64,000 bases of DNA, taken from a virus. A program made the translations under genes and the position numbers. Positions within the stretch are counted from its first letter, which is position 1. Each line of letters starts with the position of its first letter. The stretch covers positions 8,548-72,547 of the IMG/VR virus record IMGVR_UViG_3300043427_003501; one strand, 5' to 3'. Shown one piece after another: positions 48,901 to 58,564 of the stretch. The notes beneath the pieces were generated by a model. The model was not told where the DNA came from, searched no databases, and worked only from the letters and a program-made list of their open reading frames with translations.

Positions 48901-51900
48901 CAGCTCTAACGCGGCGGCGATTCAGATCGAGCAGCAGGCTCGAGCGGACGCAGATAGTGCCGCAAGCACGCAAGTGGCAACTTTGGCTGCGCAGAGTGCC
49001 AATACAGTTGCAGGTCTTGTTTCTGAGCAGCAAGTCCGTGCGGACTCCGATAGCGCGGCATCTCTGCAGATCAACAGTCTCGGAGCAACAGCGGCGGCCA
49101 ATAGTTCAGCGCTGGCAACAGAACAACAGGCGCGGGCTGACGAGACTTCAGCTCTCTCTTCGCAAGTTACCAGCCTGAGCGCTCAAGTCACGATTGGTGA
49201 CCAGAGTAGCGCCGCTGCAATCCTCGTTGAGCAACAAGCTCGCGCTGATGCTGACAGCGCTGCCGCCTCTCAGGTTCTTTCTCTTGCGGCTAGCACAGCG
49301 ACTTCTGCCGCAGCTTTGAGCGCCGAGCAAGATGTCCGAGCTTCGGCCGACGCTGCAAGCGCTTCTCAGGTGTCAAGCCTTGCCGCCAGTTTGGGCGACA
49401 ACAGCGCTGGCATTCAAGCGGAACAACTGGCTCGTGCCGATGCAGATTCTGCTTTTGCTCAGCAATCGACCACATTGGCTGCTGCGACTGCCGCAGCCTC
49501 TGCGGGCTTGGTCGCTGAACAACTTGCAAGAGCCGATGAGGATTCCGCTCTCTCGTCCCAGATCGTTGGTCTTGTCGCCAATGTTGGTGCAAACAACGCT
49601 GCTTTGGCTGTCGAGCAGCAGGCTCGAGTTGATTCCGACGCCGCTGTTGCATCACAAGTCACAGCTTTGTCGGCATCTGTTGCTCAGGGCGACACACTCG
49701 TATCAGCCGCACTGGCAGTTGAGCAACAAGTCAGGGCTGAGTCGGACAGTGCGATTTCGTCACAACTGACTTCACTTGCCGCAACGTCGGAAGAAAATGC
49801 TGCCGCGATTCTTGTTGAGCAGAACGCTCGTGCAGATGCCGATAGTGCTACAGCCAGCCAAGTCACAAACCTGGCATCAGGCTTTGGCAGCAATGCCGCT
49901 GCACTCCTTGTCGAACAACAAGCTCGTACCGATGCCGATCTTGCAACTGCGGGCCAGATCACTGGCTTGTCAGCGGCTGTCGGAACAAACGTCGCTGGAC
50001 TTACCGCAGAGCAGCAAGTTCGGGCCGACTCGGATTCGAGCTTCTCCGGACAGCTGACGAGTCTGGTTGCCGCTACTGGAGCAACCAGCGCCGGATTGAG
50101 CGCGGAGCAGCAAGCTCGCGCTGATGCAGATGCTGCAACATCATCCCAACTGACAACCCTGAGTGCTCGTGTTGACCTGGGAGACAGTGCCAACGCAGCA
50201 GCCCTCACCGTCGAGCAGCAAGCGCGTGCGGACGCTGATTCAAGCGTTGCGACTCAAATCACAACACTTGCGGCCGCCACTGCCAATACCGCAGCAGAAA
50301 TCACAGCGGAGCAACAGGCTCGTGCTGACGCCGATAGTGCGACCGCAGGGCAGCTCCTGAACCTTGCAGCTACTAATGCTACAAATGCGGCAGCGCTCCA
50401 GGTCGAGCAACAAGTTCGTGCCGATCAAACAAGTGCTCTTAGCCAACAAACCAGTATCCTGGCCGCTCAGGTTGGGGATGCAACCGCAGGCATTCTCCAA
50501 GAGCAGAACGCTCGCGCTACGGCAGATGCAGCTCAAGCCTCTCTGATCACGGGTCTGCAGGTATCGGCAGATACGGGCTTTCAGATCAACTCAGCGGCTA
50601 TCGTTCAAGAGCAACAGGCTCGAGTTGACACCGATTCGGCGGTTGCGAATCAAATCACAACGCTGAGCGCCCAGGCAGGACAGACCTCGGCGGGTCTGGT
50701 CACAGAACAGCAAGTCCGTTCGGATGCGGACAGTGCTTTCTCGTCTCAGGTGGCGGGTCTTGCGGCTTCTACCGGAGCCAATGCTGCAGCGTTGACCATC
50801 GAGCAGCAGACTCGGGCTGATCAAAACTCCTCTCTGTCTTCACAGGTGACATCTCTGGCCGCTAGCAGCGCCAGCAACAATGCTGCCTTGCAAGTGGAGC
50901 AGCAGGTTCGAACCGATGCCGATCTTGCCTCTGCTCAACAAGTTACGACTCTTGCTGCCGCTACAGCACAAACAACGGCAGGTCTGTTGTCCGAGCAAGA
51001 GGTAAGGGCTACTTCTGACCTGGCGCTCTCAGCCACAACAGCGGGTCTGACAGCGGCGCTTGGCCAGGCGAATGCAAACATTCTGGCGGAGCAACAAGTT
51101 CGCGCCGATGCAGACTCCTCGACAGCATCTCAAATAGTTGCGCTCAATGCGACAACAGGAAGCAACACCGCTGCGATTCTGTCCGAGCAGACTGTTCGCT
51201 CTGACGAAACAGCCGCGCTTGCCTCTCAAATCACAAGTATTACGGTAGCGCTCGATGATAAGGCTTCGGTAACGGCGCTGAACGCTCTGGATGTCCAAGT
51301 ACAGACGATTGATGGTGTCGTCGTTGCGCAAGGACAGCAGATTAGCCAGCTTCTTGCCGAGCAGACAACTGATGTCGCGGCGCTGGAAGCTGCAATCGAG
51401 GTCGAGACGCTCGTTCGAGCGGCAGAAACCGAGGCTCTTGTCCAGACGACGGAGACTCTGACAGCTTCCTTTAACTCAAACGCTGCCGCAATCCAACAAG
51501 AGGCAACTGCTCGAGCTGACGGCGATTCAGCTGAAGCGGCTCAGCGGCTCATTCTTGCCGCCCGAGTCACGGCTACTGAAGGCGACATTGCTGCCAGTCA
51601 AGCGGCTCTCAGCGTCGAGCAAACTACTCGCGCCGATGCAGATGGAGCTCTATCTGGTCAGGTCACATCACTGAGCGCAACCAGCGCAGGCAACGCTGCA
51701 GCGCTCCAGGTCGAGCAACAAGTTCGTGCCGATGCTGATTCTTCAACATCGTCTCAACTGACATCGCTGACAAGTGCTGTTGGCGCAGCCGCTTCTTCCA
51801 TTACGGTTGAGCAGCAAACTCGTGCAGATGCCGATGCTTCGTCAGCCTCACAGATTGCAACACTCGGCTCATCAACCGGAAGTAACACTGCTGCCATTCA

Positions 51901-54900
51901 AACAGAGCAGCAGACTCGTGCTGACGCCGACTCGGCTTCTAGCCTGCAAGTCGCAACTCTAGCCAGCTCGACAGCCAGCAACACGGCGGGATTGGTAGCA
52001 GAGCAGCAGACACGGACTGACCAAGGCTCCGCTCTGTCTTCACAGATCACCGGACTGACCGCAACAGTTGGCGCAAGCACTGCGGCTCTGACCGTCGAAC
52101 AGCAAGCCCGTGCGGACGCGGATTCAGCAGTTGCCTCTCAAGTCACCTCTCTCGCAGCGTCTGTTGCCACAGGCGATACGATCGTTTCCTCCGCGCTAAC
52201 GGTTGAGCAACAAGTTCGTGCTGATGCGGATAGCGCCACATCGGCTCAGGTCACATCGCTGGCGGCAGCAGTAGGGGCAGATAGTGCCGCTCTTGTTGTA
52301 GAGCAGCGGACTCGTGCAGATCAAGACATCAGCCTGTCTTCTCAGGTCACGAGCCTGTCTGCAGGATTCAGCTCATCGAACGCCGCACTTCAGTTCGAAC
52401 AGCAGACTCGGGCTGATGCGGACTCGGCGTCAGCCAGCCAAGTCACCACGCTGGCAGCGCAAACAGCAAGCACAAGCGCCGGTCTTCTTGCCGAGCAGCA
52501 GGTGCGAGCTGATGCCGATAGCAGTGTCTCCAGCACGATCAACGGTCTGACGGCCGCTACTGGACAGAACGCTTCGGCGCTCCTGGTAGAGCAACAGGCT
52601 CGCGCTGACGCTGACTCTTCGGCCGCTTCTCAGATTACAGCCTTGACGGCTTCGACAGGAAGCAATGCAGCTGCAATCCTGAACGAGGTCAGTGTTCGCT
52701 CCAGCGAGACTTCGGCTCTTGCAAGCCAGATCAGCTCCATGACGGTGACGCTGGGCGAAAAGGCCAGCGCTTCCGCTCTGAATGCACTGACCGTTGATGT
52801 CCAAACTCTCGACGGCGAGGTGACAGCCCAAGCATCGCAAATTGCCGCGCTGACCGCCGCTCAGACGACGGATGTTGCGGACATTCGCGCCGACTTGGAA
52901 ATTGAGCAGATTGTTCGAGCGTCCGAGACAGAAGCTCTGACACAAACGACAGAGACGTTGACAGCCTCGTTCGCATCAAACGCCGCAGCGATCGCACAGG
53001 AAGCAATTGCACGAGCTGACGCTGACTCGGCTGAAGCTGCACTTCGAGTAGCTTTGGCTGCAACCGTCGCAACGGGCGATAGCACCAACTCGGCAGCGCT
53101 GTCGGTGGAGCAGACGACTCGCGCCGATGCTGATTCCGCTACAAGTGGACAGCTTACAACTCTGGTCTCGTCGGTAGGATCAAACGCTGCGGCGATCATC
53201 ACAGAGCAGCAGACCCGAGCCGATGCTGACGGCGCAACGTCGAGTCAGATTGCAACACTGGCGTCATCTACCGCCAATACAGCCGCAACGCTCGTCACTG
53301 AACAGCAGACTCGGGCTGACGCCGACAGCGCTGCATCGTCGCAAGTAACAACGCTGGCCGCCAACACAGCAGCTACTGGAGCAGCACTTCAGACGGAGCA
53401 GCAGACTCGTGCTGACGCAGACTCTGCCTCCAGTTTGCAAGTTGTCACTCTTGCGGCATCGACAAGCAATACGTCCGCAGGTCTTGTGGCGGAACAGCAA
53501 GTTCGCGCAGATCAAAACTCCTCACTGTCCTCGCAAGTCTCTGCGTTGACTGCCAATGTTGGAGCCAGCGCCGCCGGTTTGATCGTCGAGCAAACCGTTC
53601 GCGCACAGGCCGACTCGGCATCGGCCCAGCAGCTCACTGCGCTGGCTGCGGCCACGGGAAATAACGCGGCTGCTCTTTCGTCTGAGATCACTACACGGTC
53701 TAGCGAGACGTCCGCTCTCGCAAGTCAAATTACAAGCCTGAACACGGCGCTTGGTGATAAGGCGAGTGCTTCAGCCTTGAACGCTCTGACGGTAGACGTC
53801 CAAACACTCGACGGCGAAGTTACTGCACAGGCATCACAGATCGCGGCTTTGACGGCAGCGCAGACAACTGATGTAGCCGATATTCGTGCGGACTTGGAGA
53901 TCGAACAAATCGTTCGAGCTTCGGAAACTGAGGCTTTAACGCAGACGACTGAGACGCTGACTTCTTCGGTAGCGTCAAATACTGCGGCAATTCAGCAAGA
54001 GGCCACCACTCGCGCAAATGCCGATTCCGCCGAGGCTGCGCTGAGAGTGCAGCTAGAAGCCACCGTCACTTCGGGAGACTCTACAAACTCTGCGGCGATC
54101 ACAACTGAGGCCACAACTCGAGCCACTGCTGACTCTGCCGCTAGTGGGCGCATCGATGCGCTGACAGCTTCTGTTGGTGATGCTCGTTCTGCCATCATCA
54201 CAGAGCAGCAAGTTCGCAGTAATGCCGACTCTTCCTCCGCTCAGCAGACGACATCCCTAGCTTCGGCTTTTGGGACCAATGCCGCCGCTCTTGTAGTGGA
54301 GCAACAGACTCGCGCAGATGCTGACACAGCGTCCTCTTCTCAAACTACAACACTTTCATCGGCTGTAGGCGCAAACGCCGCTGCACTGCAAACACAAGCA
54401 CAAACAAGCTCCACTGCCGACTCAGCGCTGGCCGCACAGTCTTCAATTCTGACGGCGAACACAGCTTCGGCAACAGCCGGCCTTGTTGCAGAGGCTCAAG
54501 CGCGAGCCACCGCCAACTCTGCCGAAGTACAGCAACTCTCGGCCCTGGTCACATCTGCTGGAGCCAACTCCGCAAGCATCGTCGCAGAGCAGACAGCTCG
54601 GTCCAACGAGACCTCGTCGCTCTCAACCCAAGTCAACACACTCAGTGCATCCACGAGCGCCAACACTGCCGCGATCACTACGGAACAGACTGCTCGAGCC
54701 AATGCCGACAGTGCGATGGCCAGCGAAATTCGCCAGGTTCAGGCGGTCGCAACAGCTTTTGATGCCGGTATTGCGTGGAATTTCGACAGCGGAGTTGAAG
54801 GGTGGACGGCCACAAGCGCAAGCGCATCTGCCGCCAATAGCGTTGTCACACTAACCTCAACTGGCGGCGGCGATCCAATCTTCTTTTCGCCTTCCGGACT

Positions 54901-57900
54901 TACGATTGATGGTTCCAAAAACTATCTGGTTCGGGCTCGAGTGAAGCGTACAGCGGGTAGTGGGTGGGACGGAACTCTTTTTTATGTCACTGCGGGCCAT
55001 ACTTTTAGTGCCCTTTATTACAAAGTAATTCCCGATACTACGATTCTGAATGAGTGGGTGGTGCTGGAATGGGATATGTCCACGCAACAAGCTGGCGGAA
55101 CGGATTGGACGACAAATACTATCACCCAAATCCGACTGGATTTGGGTGCAACACTTGCGGCTGCAGATGTATTTCAGATTGACTGGGTCACGATTGGGCG
55201 CACAGCTCCGCAAACCTACAGTGCTGCCATTCAACAGGAGATCACAACTCGCGCCACTCAAACGGGCGATATCTTTGCAAAGTATGGCATCAAGGTTGAT
55301 GTTGCAGGGCATGTGTCAGGTTTTGGCCTGATTTCGACAGCTAACGACGCAACTCCGACCAGCGAGTTCGGCATTCGCGCCGACAAGTTCTGGATTGCTG
55401 GACCCTCCGTTTCCCAGGCGACTGCACCGACTGCTAACCTGTACAAGGGCTACGTCTGGATTGACACAAGCAGCACGCCCGTCACCAAGTATTACACCGG
55501 CTCTGCCTGGTCTACGACGCCGCAAGCTCTTCCATTTGTTGTCTCTAATACGACGACGACGATCAACGGAGTCTCAGTTCCGGCAGGTGCCTACATTGAC
55601 ACCGCCTACATTGCGAACGCAACGATCACGAGCGCGAAGATCGGAAGCGTCGATGCCGGCACGATCACTGCGGGCACACTCAGCACTGACCGTCTTGGTG
55701 CCAACAGCATCACAGCCAACAAGATCAAGGTTACCAGCACTGGCGGTCTGACGATTCTGAGTGATGACCCAACATTTCTTGACAATACATATTGGGATAG
55801 AAGCTCCGTTAATGTTCTCTACCAGAGCGGCACTTCCGCCAGCGGAGCAAAGGGTACTACGTATGTAAGTTCCGACACTGGTCAAAATGAGACCATTATG
55901 TCGAATCGTTACTACGAAATCGATCCGACGCAGACCTACAAGTTGACGGCTCTGCTTTATAGAGCCGCTGCTGCAGATAGGAATATGTACCTGTTCGTAG
56001 AGTTCTACGACAGTTCATATGGGTATGTTGACGGGGCAAGCACGGGTTGGGGAGGTAGTCGTTCTGGATATACGTATGGCGGAGTACCAACGACCGCTCT
56101 TGTGTTCCAGCGTCTAGGCGGTTCTTTTGGACCCGACACAGGTAGACCAATCCCTGCCAACGTCCGGTACTGCAAAATTGGTTGCTGGTTCAACTACAGC
56201 GGCAATGGCACAACTGTAGCTCTGCAGGCGTGTCAAGACCTGCGCCTTGATCAATATATCAACGGTGCGGACCTGATCGTTGATGGCTCAATTACCGCCA
56301 CTCAGATTGACACTCGCGGCCTGAGCATTAAAGACGCCATTGGTAACGTCATTCTGGCTGCCGGTACTCCGCTTACCTCCAGCAATATCACACCGGCTTC
56401 AGGGTGGTTGAACTCAAATATATCCGTTGATTCGAGTGGAAACATTCAAGGTATTGGTACTGGAGCTGGCGTATCTGTTGCCAACAATCAAGACTCTATT
56501 GTTCGGGCGCCTGCAGGCGCCCTATACACAACAAGCGACTCCACTAAGACTGGTGCGCTGAAGATTCGACTTCCGCAATCATGGACAGGCACCATGATGC
56601 GCTTCACGGTTGAGATATATGAATACTCGGCCGGCTTGATGTGTACGATTGAAATTGGTGGATATAACTACGCGCCCGCTGCGAGTTGGTATAACGTGTC
56701 CGCTCGAGTTATTGGCGGAAGTAACGTCGAGTATCCAGTTTACTTTGGCCATGACGGTACAAAGTGCTGTATTTGGATCGGAAATTACAACGAGACATGG
56801 GCTTACCCGCAGGCAAGGGTGAGAGACTTCTTTGCCGGATACCAAAGTGTTACTGCCTCACTGTGGTCAACTGGCTGGACGCTCTCATTTGATACAACGC
56901 AGATAACGTCCGGTACTGGAACTAATCAGTACAGCGCCGCTGTAACGGACACATATCCCGCAGCTGATTGGACAAAGGTTGTGGGAACAGGCAGACCCGC
57001 AAATTACGCTAACAACACCTATATTGACGGCAGTGGTTTGATCCAGGGCGTCTCGTCAGGTGGCGGCACATCCGTCTCGAACAGCAACATCACTATTACC
57101 GCTGCGGGTCAATTAACTGGTATTGGTTCAGGCGACAGTACGACTGTTGCTAACTACCGGATCGGGATTGACGCCACTGGCAACCTCACGGGTGGCGGCG
57201 GGAGTTTAACTCGCCTTGGTAAGAATCTGCTGGACCCCGGCAAGTGGGTTTTTGGTTCCAGCGGAGGTCAAACTGGTTTTCCGCAAAATGCTCCTTCTTC
57301 AGGCGGAGAAAACTACATCGCCTATGACACGCTTCCGGATGGTAGCCGTGGAATACATTGGCGTGCCAGAAGTGGTAGCGCGGCAGGAACGAGCGCCGAA
57401 GGTGGTTGGGACACTAACTCTTTCCCTATTGATCACACCAAGATGTACCGATTCACGGTGTGGATTCGCTGCTTTGGCGGCACAACCGGCTCTGCGTATC
57501 TTGGCGTTGGCGGAAGTACGGTTAACAATATTGGCGGTGGTGTAAATACCAACCCTTACTTCAACGCCGAAGGGCGTGCAAATTTTATTGCAAGTGAGTG
57601 GTATTTGTTCGTAGGGTATGTCTTGCCGTCGACCTATACCGGCGGCCAGCAAAATATGAGTGGCATATACCGAGGCTCGACCGGGGTTCGTATTCTTGCG
57701 GGAACGGACTACCGCTGGGTCTCTGGACAGGGGTCCTCTGTTCACCGCTCGTATCAGTATTACACGAACGCAGCCAACACTTATCAGGACTTCTTTGATC
57801 CTCGCGTAGAGCTATGTGACGGTACTGAGCCGTCTTTGGCTGCGTTGCTTGCAATGGGTTCCCCCAGCGGACGAAACCAAATCAGCTCGACGAATGTCTC

Positions 57901-58564
57901 GACGTATATCGCCAATACCGCCATTGGTGATGCGCAGATTGCCAACACGATTCAGTCGACGAACTACAGCTCGTCGGCTGGATGGCAGATCAACAAGGGC
58001 GGGACGGCGACGTTCAACGAGGTAGCGCTGCGTGGAGCAATTAACGGCGGTGCGTACACGGCGTATGCCTGGCCCGCCTCAGGAAATAACGGCTTCCATT
58101 TAGGGCCAAGTGGTTTGCTGCTGGGCAATGCTAATGACGGGAGATACTTTCAAGTCGAAGCTAGCGGCAACGTCTATGCACCTGGCTTTTCCATTGTCAA
58201 CGGTACAGCTACCTTTAGCGGCACAGTTTCGGCCAATGTCATCAACACAAACTCGATTATTGGAGGCGCAACCTCTGAGGCGACAACGGCCACAAGTACA
58301 GGCGCTACAGCTTCTATAACAATTACGGTGCCAAGTGGCGCATCAGCAATCTTTGTGACATACTATCTTGGCCCGCCAACCTTTGTATCTGGCGGAAAGT
58401 ATGGAGCGGATGTCTATGGTCCTACCATTGCCAGCTTTACATATGATGGCGTCGCAACTGGAAGCATTATCATCACCCCGTCAGCGGGGAGTCACACAAT
58501 CTCCCTGACGCGCGCAAATTACGCCGGAACCATGAGGCTCAACGTACTGTTGTTGAAGAGATGA
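42929..58564 (+). CDS. giant J-like tail tip / central fibre protein (5211 aa)
   Basis: N-terminal J hub (DLLGEGEI.GL, YSNNPAW, GCTSRGQA.R.G.W), FN3-like domains, 32-aa EQQxRADADS repeats, KYGIKVD..G.VSGFGL motif, beta-rich C-terminal domains. Confidence 0.92.
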   Translation: MNEVKDSLQSRALLSILDLLGEGEIAGLVNGDRSIFFNETPLRNADGTYNFKGVTTAGTYGTNNQSPLTGFGNSVETPYNIGVKLSFLTPYTFAVTNSAADLARVIINIPGLSKTNSENGDINGTTVEYKFQLSTDGGPFQDVAVDAAYVDDVTWSQVGGYWQVTAPAGSSKLTASITATSTGNGVGQIVFQPQEFNGTSWVNLGETKTVEVIGAWENSYSEAPAFKTRASLSMPVESVYSTIRFVPVSVRLDSGTSISPAQGNASYWKRSPTVTISGKTRSKYQRSHILSLPTPRTSAQIRVTRLTADAADSLTVNETWIESFTEITSLNINYPNSALVGVRIDAQQFNSIPSRAYLVDGLKIQVPSNYNPVTRVYTGVWNGTFQTAYSNNPAWVLYDVLTNNRYGLGNYLTPSQVDKAALYTIGKYCDELVPDGQGGTEPRFTINTVIQNAADAYKVIMDITSAFRGMAFWDGGVVGLMQDSPADPSMLYTNANVVDGMFSYTGSARKDRHSVVHVTWNDPSDNYKRKVEYVEDPELIQRFGIRRTDTLAFGCTSRGQAARVGKWILYTERYESDVIQFKVGVDSAFLSPGEIIKIHDRDKSGKRFGGRLVSCTTTGATLDSAIELTAGTTVISLMMPDGTFVERTLDQTNGTFLNVTWAQALTQLPVADAVWMASQGTLSPMLARVIGIAQGEDNTFEISAVEHNPSKFGAIELGLALQTQTTSIIDPKFVDTPESLLTVERQLLNDLGQPEIRLSISWYSNAGRHEIAYRNVSVDRGSNWTQLTIENQNFFEIVNPSLGEYEIAITAINPLGRRSKTARINHIVVGKVANSDLPTDLTIRPIFSGIALTWTNAGNKDFSGVEIWRNASNAIGSAQHIDTTASSTYTDMTVDAADGERFYWIRAFDVYGNTTSYVGPVNGSALDLPEGTYDPTPPPAPTNVTTKSIVGGVVVSWDAPTYSNHQVAEIWRATSNILGEALLIDVTASNSYIDYVGNTGTYYYWVRFLSVSDIAGPYQGVNGVVGTPVADPAFLLDLLSGAITEGELYQGLNDRLDLIDGNGAGSVNARVALEAANSALALAQEIDARSTADAIFAQVDSALSSAASSTNQSLSTEINARAAADSILTAAAAAGASSTQATAASLVQEQNARSLAEAALAATDASFAAQLASTASALASETDARLSSDAILSATNAVIGTQIQDAANALLQEQNARSVADSVISAANNSTAAAVQNAAASLIAETRDRLAADSSLTSVASALGTQLLNATSSIDAEAGARAASDAVLAATSTVIGTQVQDAAIALLQEQNARTVADATLSATSGALSAAIAEAATNLIAEQASREATDALLSAANAATTAQAQATSAALADELNARTLADSTISAVTATLGTQVQDAANSLLAEQSARAQADSTIAAATQATEIRAQDAAAAVLQEKNAREVADTIFAAADAATDIRAATISASLQTEIDARALADSLNAARADVFEVRSAEIANSVVAEIATRATADSTIQAALNAVDATAGQAVAAVFSEVDQRTTADSAIAAISSGLIAAQAGNAAAIHTEQQARADADSASAGVSATLAAASAASAAALTVEQGVRADADSANATATVSLGAAVGQNAAALIVEQQVRSDSDSAAATASTSLAAAVGANTAAIQSEVAVRAGETGALASQVTAIGVALDDKASVSSVNSLALDIQTIDGELTAQGQQIAALSASINTGTEELQAALEIEQLVRASETEALTSTTTLLQAQTSENAAAIQNEALARATADSAEAAQRVILSARVDSAELGIASNAAALVTEQQVRADADSSAAAQVSQLSAVTAASFAAIQTEQQTRSDADGAVASQLSQLSATDAANTAAIQTEQQTRADADSATASQLSGLYAATQANAASVQVEQQARADADAASAAQTSALAATTAANSAALLVEQQARTDADSATASQVTSLASSVAAGDSTNAAALIVEQQTRADSDSALSTQVGVLTASASSNAAAIQIEQQARADADSAASTQVATLAAQSANTVAGLVSEQQVRADSDSAASLQINSLGATAAANSSALATEQQARADETSALSSQVTSLSAQVTIGDQSSAAAILVEQQARADADSAAASQVLSLAASTATSAAALSAEQDVRASADAASASQVSSLAASLGDNSAGIQAEQLARADADSAFAQQSTTLAAATAAASAGLVAEQLARADEDSALSSQIVGLVANVGANNAALAVEQQARVDSDAAVASQVTALSASVAQGDTLVSAALAVEQQVRAESDSAISSQLTSLAATSEENAAAILVEQNARADADSATASQVTNLASGFGSNAAALLVEQQARTDADLATAGQITGLSAAVGTNVAGLTAEQQVRADSDSSFSGQLTSLVAATGATSAGLSAEQQARADADAATSSQLTTLSARVDLGDSANAAALTVEQQARADADSSVATQITTLAAATANTAAEITAEQQARADADSATAGQLLNLAATNATNAAALQVEQQVRADQTSALSQQTSILAAQVGDATAGILQEQNARATADAAQASLITGLQVSADTGFQINSAAIVQEQQARVDTDSAVANQITTLSAQAGQTSAGLVTEQQVRSDADSAFSSQVAGLAASTGANAAALTIEQQTRADQNSSLSSQVTSLAASSASNNAALQVEQQVRTDADLASAQQVTTLAAATAQTTAGLLSEQEVRATSDLALSATTAGLTAALGQANANILAEQQVRADADSSTASQIVALNATTGSNTAAILSEQTVRSDETAALASQITSITVALDDKASVTALNALDVQVQTIDGVVVAQGQQISQLLAEQTTDVAALEAAIEVETLVRAAETEALVQTTETLTASFNSNAAAIQQEATARADGDSAEAAQRLILAARVTATEGDIAASQAALSVEQTTRADADGALSGQVTSLSATSAGNAAALQVEQQVRADADSSTSSQLTSLTSAVGAAASSITVEQQTRADADASSASQIATLGSSTGSNTAAIQTEQQTRADADSASSLQVATLASSTASNTAGLVAEQQTRTDQGSALSSQITGLTATVGASTAALTVEQQARADADSAVASQVTSLAASVATGDTIVSSALTVEQQVRADADSATSAQVTSLAAAVGADSAALVVEQRTRADQDISLSSQVTSLSAGFSSSNAALQFEQQTRADADSASASQVTTLAAQTASTSAGLLAEQQVRADADSSVSSTINGLTAATGQNASALLVEQQARADADSSAASQITALTASTGSNAAAILNEVSVRSSETSALASQISSMTVTLGEKASASALNALTVDVQTLDGEVTAQASQIAALTAAQTTDVADIRADLEIEQIVRASETEALTQTTETLTASFASNAAAIAQEAIARADADSAEAALRVALAATVATGDSTNSAALSVEQTTRADADSATSGQLTTLVSSVGSNAAAIITEQQTRADADGATSSQIATLASSTANTAATLVTEQQTRADADSAASSQVTTLAANTAATGAALQTEQQTRADADSASSLQVVTLAASTSNTSAGLVAEQQVRADQNSSLSSQVSALTANVGASAAGLIVEQTVRAQADSASAQQLTALAAATGNNAAALSSEITTRSSETSALASQITSLNTALGDKASASALNALTVDVQTLDGEVTAQASQIAALTAAQTTDVADIRADLEIEQIVRASETEALTQTTETLTSSVASNTAAIQQEATTRANADSAEAALRVQLEATVTSGDSTNSAAITTEATTRATADSAASGRIDALTASVGDARSAIITEQQVRSNADSSSAQQTTSLASAFGTNAAALVVEQQTRADADTASSSQTTTLSSAVGANAAALQTQAQTSSTADSALAAQSSILTANTASATAGLVAEAQARATANSAEVQQLSALVTSAGANSASIVAEQTARSNETSSLSTQVNTLSASTSANTAAITTEQTARANADSAMASEIRQVQAVATAFDAGIAWNFDSGVEGWTATSASASAANSVVTLTSTGGGDPIFFSPSGLTIDGSKNYLVRARVKRTAGSGWDGTLFYVTAGHTFSALYYKVIPDTTILNEWVVLEWDMSTQQAGGTDWTTNTITQIRLDLGATLAAADVFQIDWVTIGRTAPQTYSAAIQQEITTRATQTGDIFAKYGIKVDVAGHVSGFGLISTANDATPTSEFGIRADKFWIAGPSVSQATAPTANLYKGYVWIDTSSTPVTKYYTGSAWSTTPQALPFVVSNTTTTINGVSVPAGAYIDTAYIANATITSAKIGSVDAGTITAGTLSTDRLGANSITANKIKVTSTGGLTILSDDPTFLDNTYWDRSSVNVLYQSGTSASGAKGTTYVSSDTGQNETIMSNRYYEIDPTQTYKLTALLYRAAAADRNMYLFVEFYDSSYGYVDGASTGWGGSRSGYTYGGVPTTALVFQRLGGSFGPDTGRPIPANVRYCKIGCWFNYSGNGTTVALQACQDLRLDQYINGADLIVDGSITATQIDTRGLSIKDAIGNVILAAGTPLTSSNITPASGWLNSNISVDSSGNIQGIGTGAGVSVANNQDSIVRAPAGALYTTSDSTKTGALKIRLPQSWTGTMMRFTVEIYEYSAGLMCTIEIGGYNYAPAASWYNVSARVIGGSNVEYPVYFGHDGTKCCIWIGNYNETWAYPQARVRDFFAGYQSVTASLWSTGWTLSFDTTQITSGTGTNQYSAAVTDTYPAADWTKVVGTGRPANYANNTYIDGSGLIQGVSSGGGTSVSNSNITITAAGQLTGIGSGDSTTVANYRIGIDATGNLTGGGGSLTRLGKNLLDPGKWVFGSSGGQTGFPQNAPSSGGENYIAYDTLPDGSRGIHWRARSGSAAGTSAEGGWDTNSFPIDHTKMYRFTVWIRCFGGTTGSAYLGVGGSTVNNIGGGVNTNPYFNAEGRANFIASEWYLFVGYVLPSTYTGGQQNMSGIYRGSTGVRILAGTDYRWVSGQGSSVHRSYQYYTNAANTYQDFFDPRVELCDGTEPSLAALLAMGSPSGRNQISSTNVSTYIANTAIGDAQIANTIQSTNYSSSAGWQINKGGTATFNEVALRGAINGGAYTAYAWPASGNNGFHLGPSGLLLGNANDGRYFQVEASGNVYAPGFSIVNGTATFSGTVSANVINTNSIIGGATSEATTATSTGATASITITVPSGASAIFVTYYLGPPTFVSGGKYGADVYGPTIASFTYDGVATGSIIITPSAGSHTISLTRANYAGTMRLNVLLLKR
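46130..54760 (+). repeat. diverged 96-bp (32-aa) coding repeats with four larger hinge modules
   Basis: EQQ[TAV]RADADS....Q...L unit; hinge modules near 47980, 51260, 52760, 53759. Confidence 0.9.

Noticed and set aside
46130-54760. Assembly artefact inflating the fibre repeats
   Set aside because: Repeat units differ at the nucleotide level and the frame stays open for 15.6 kb
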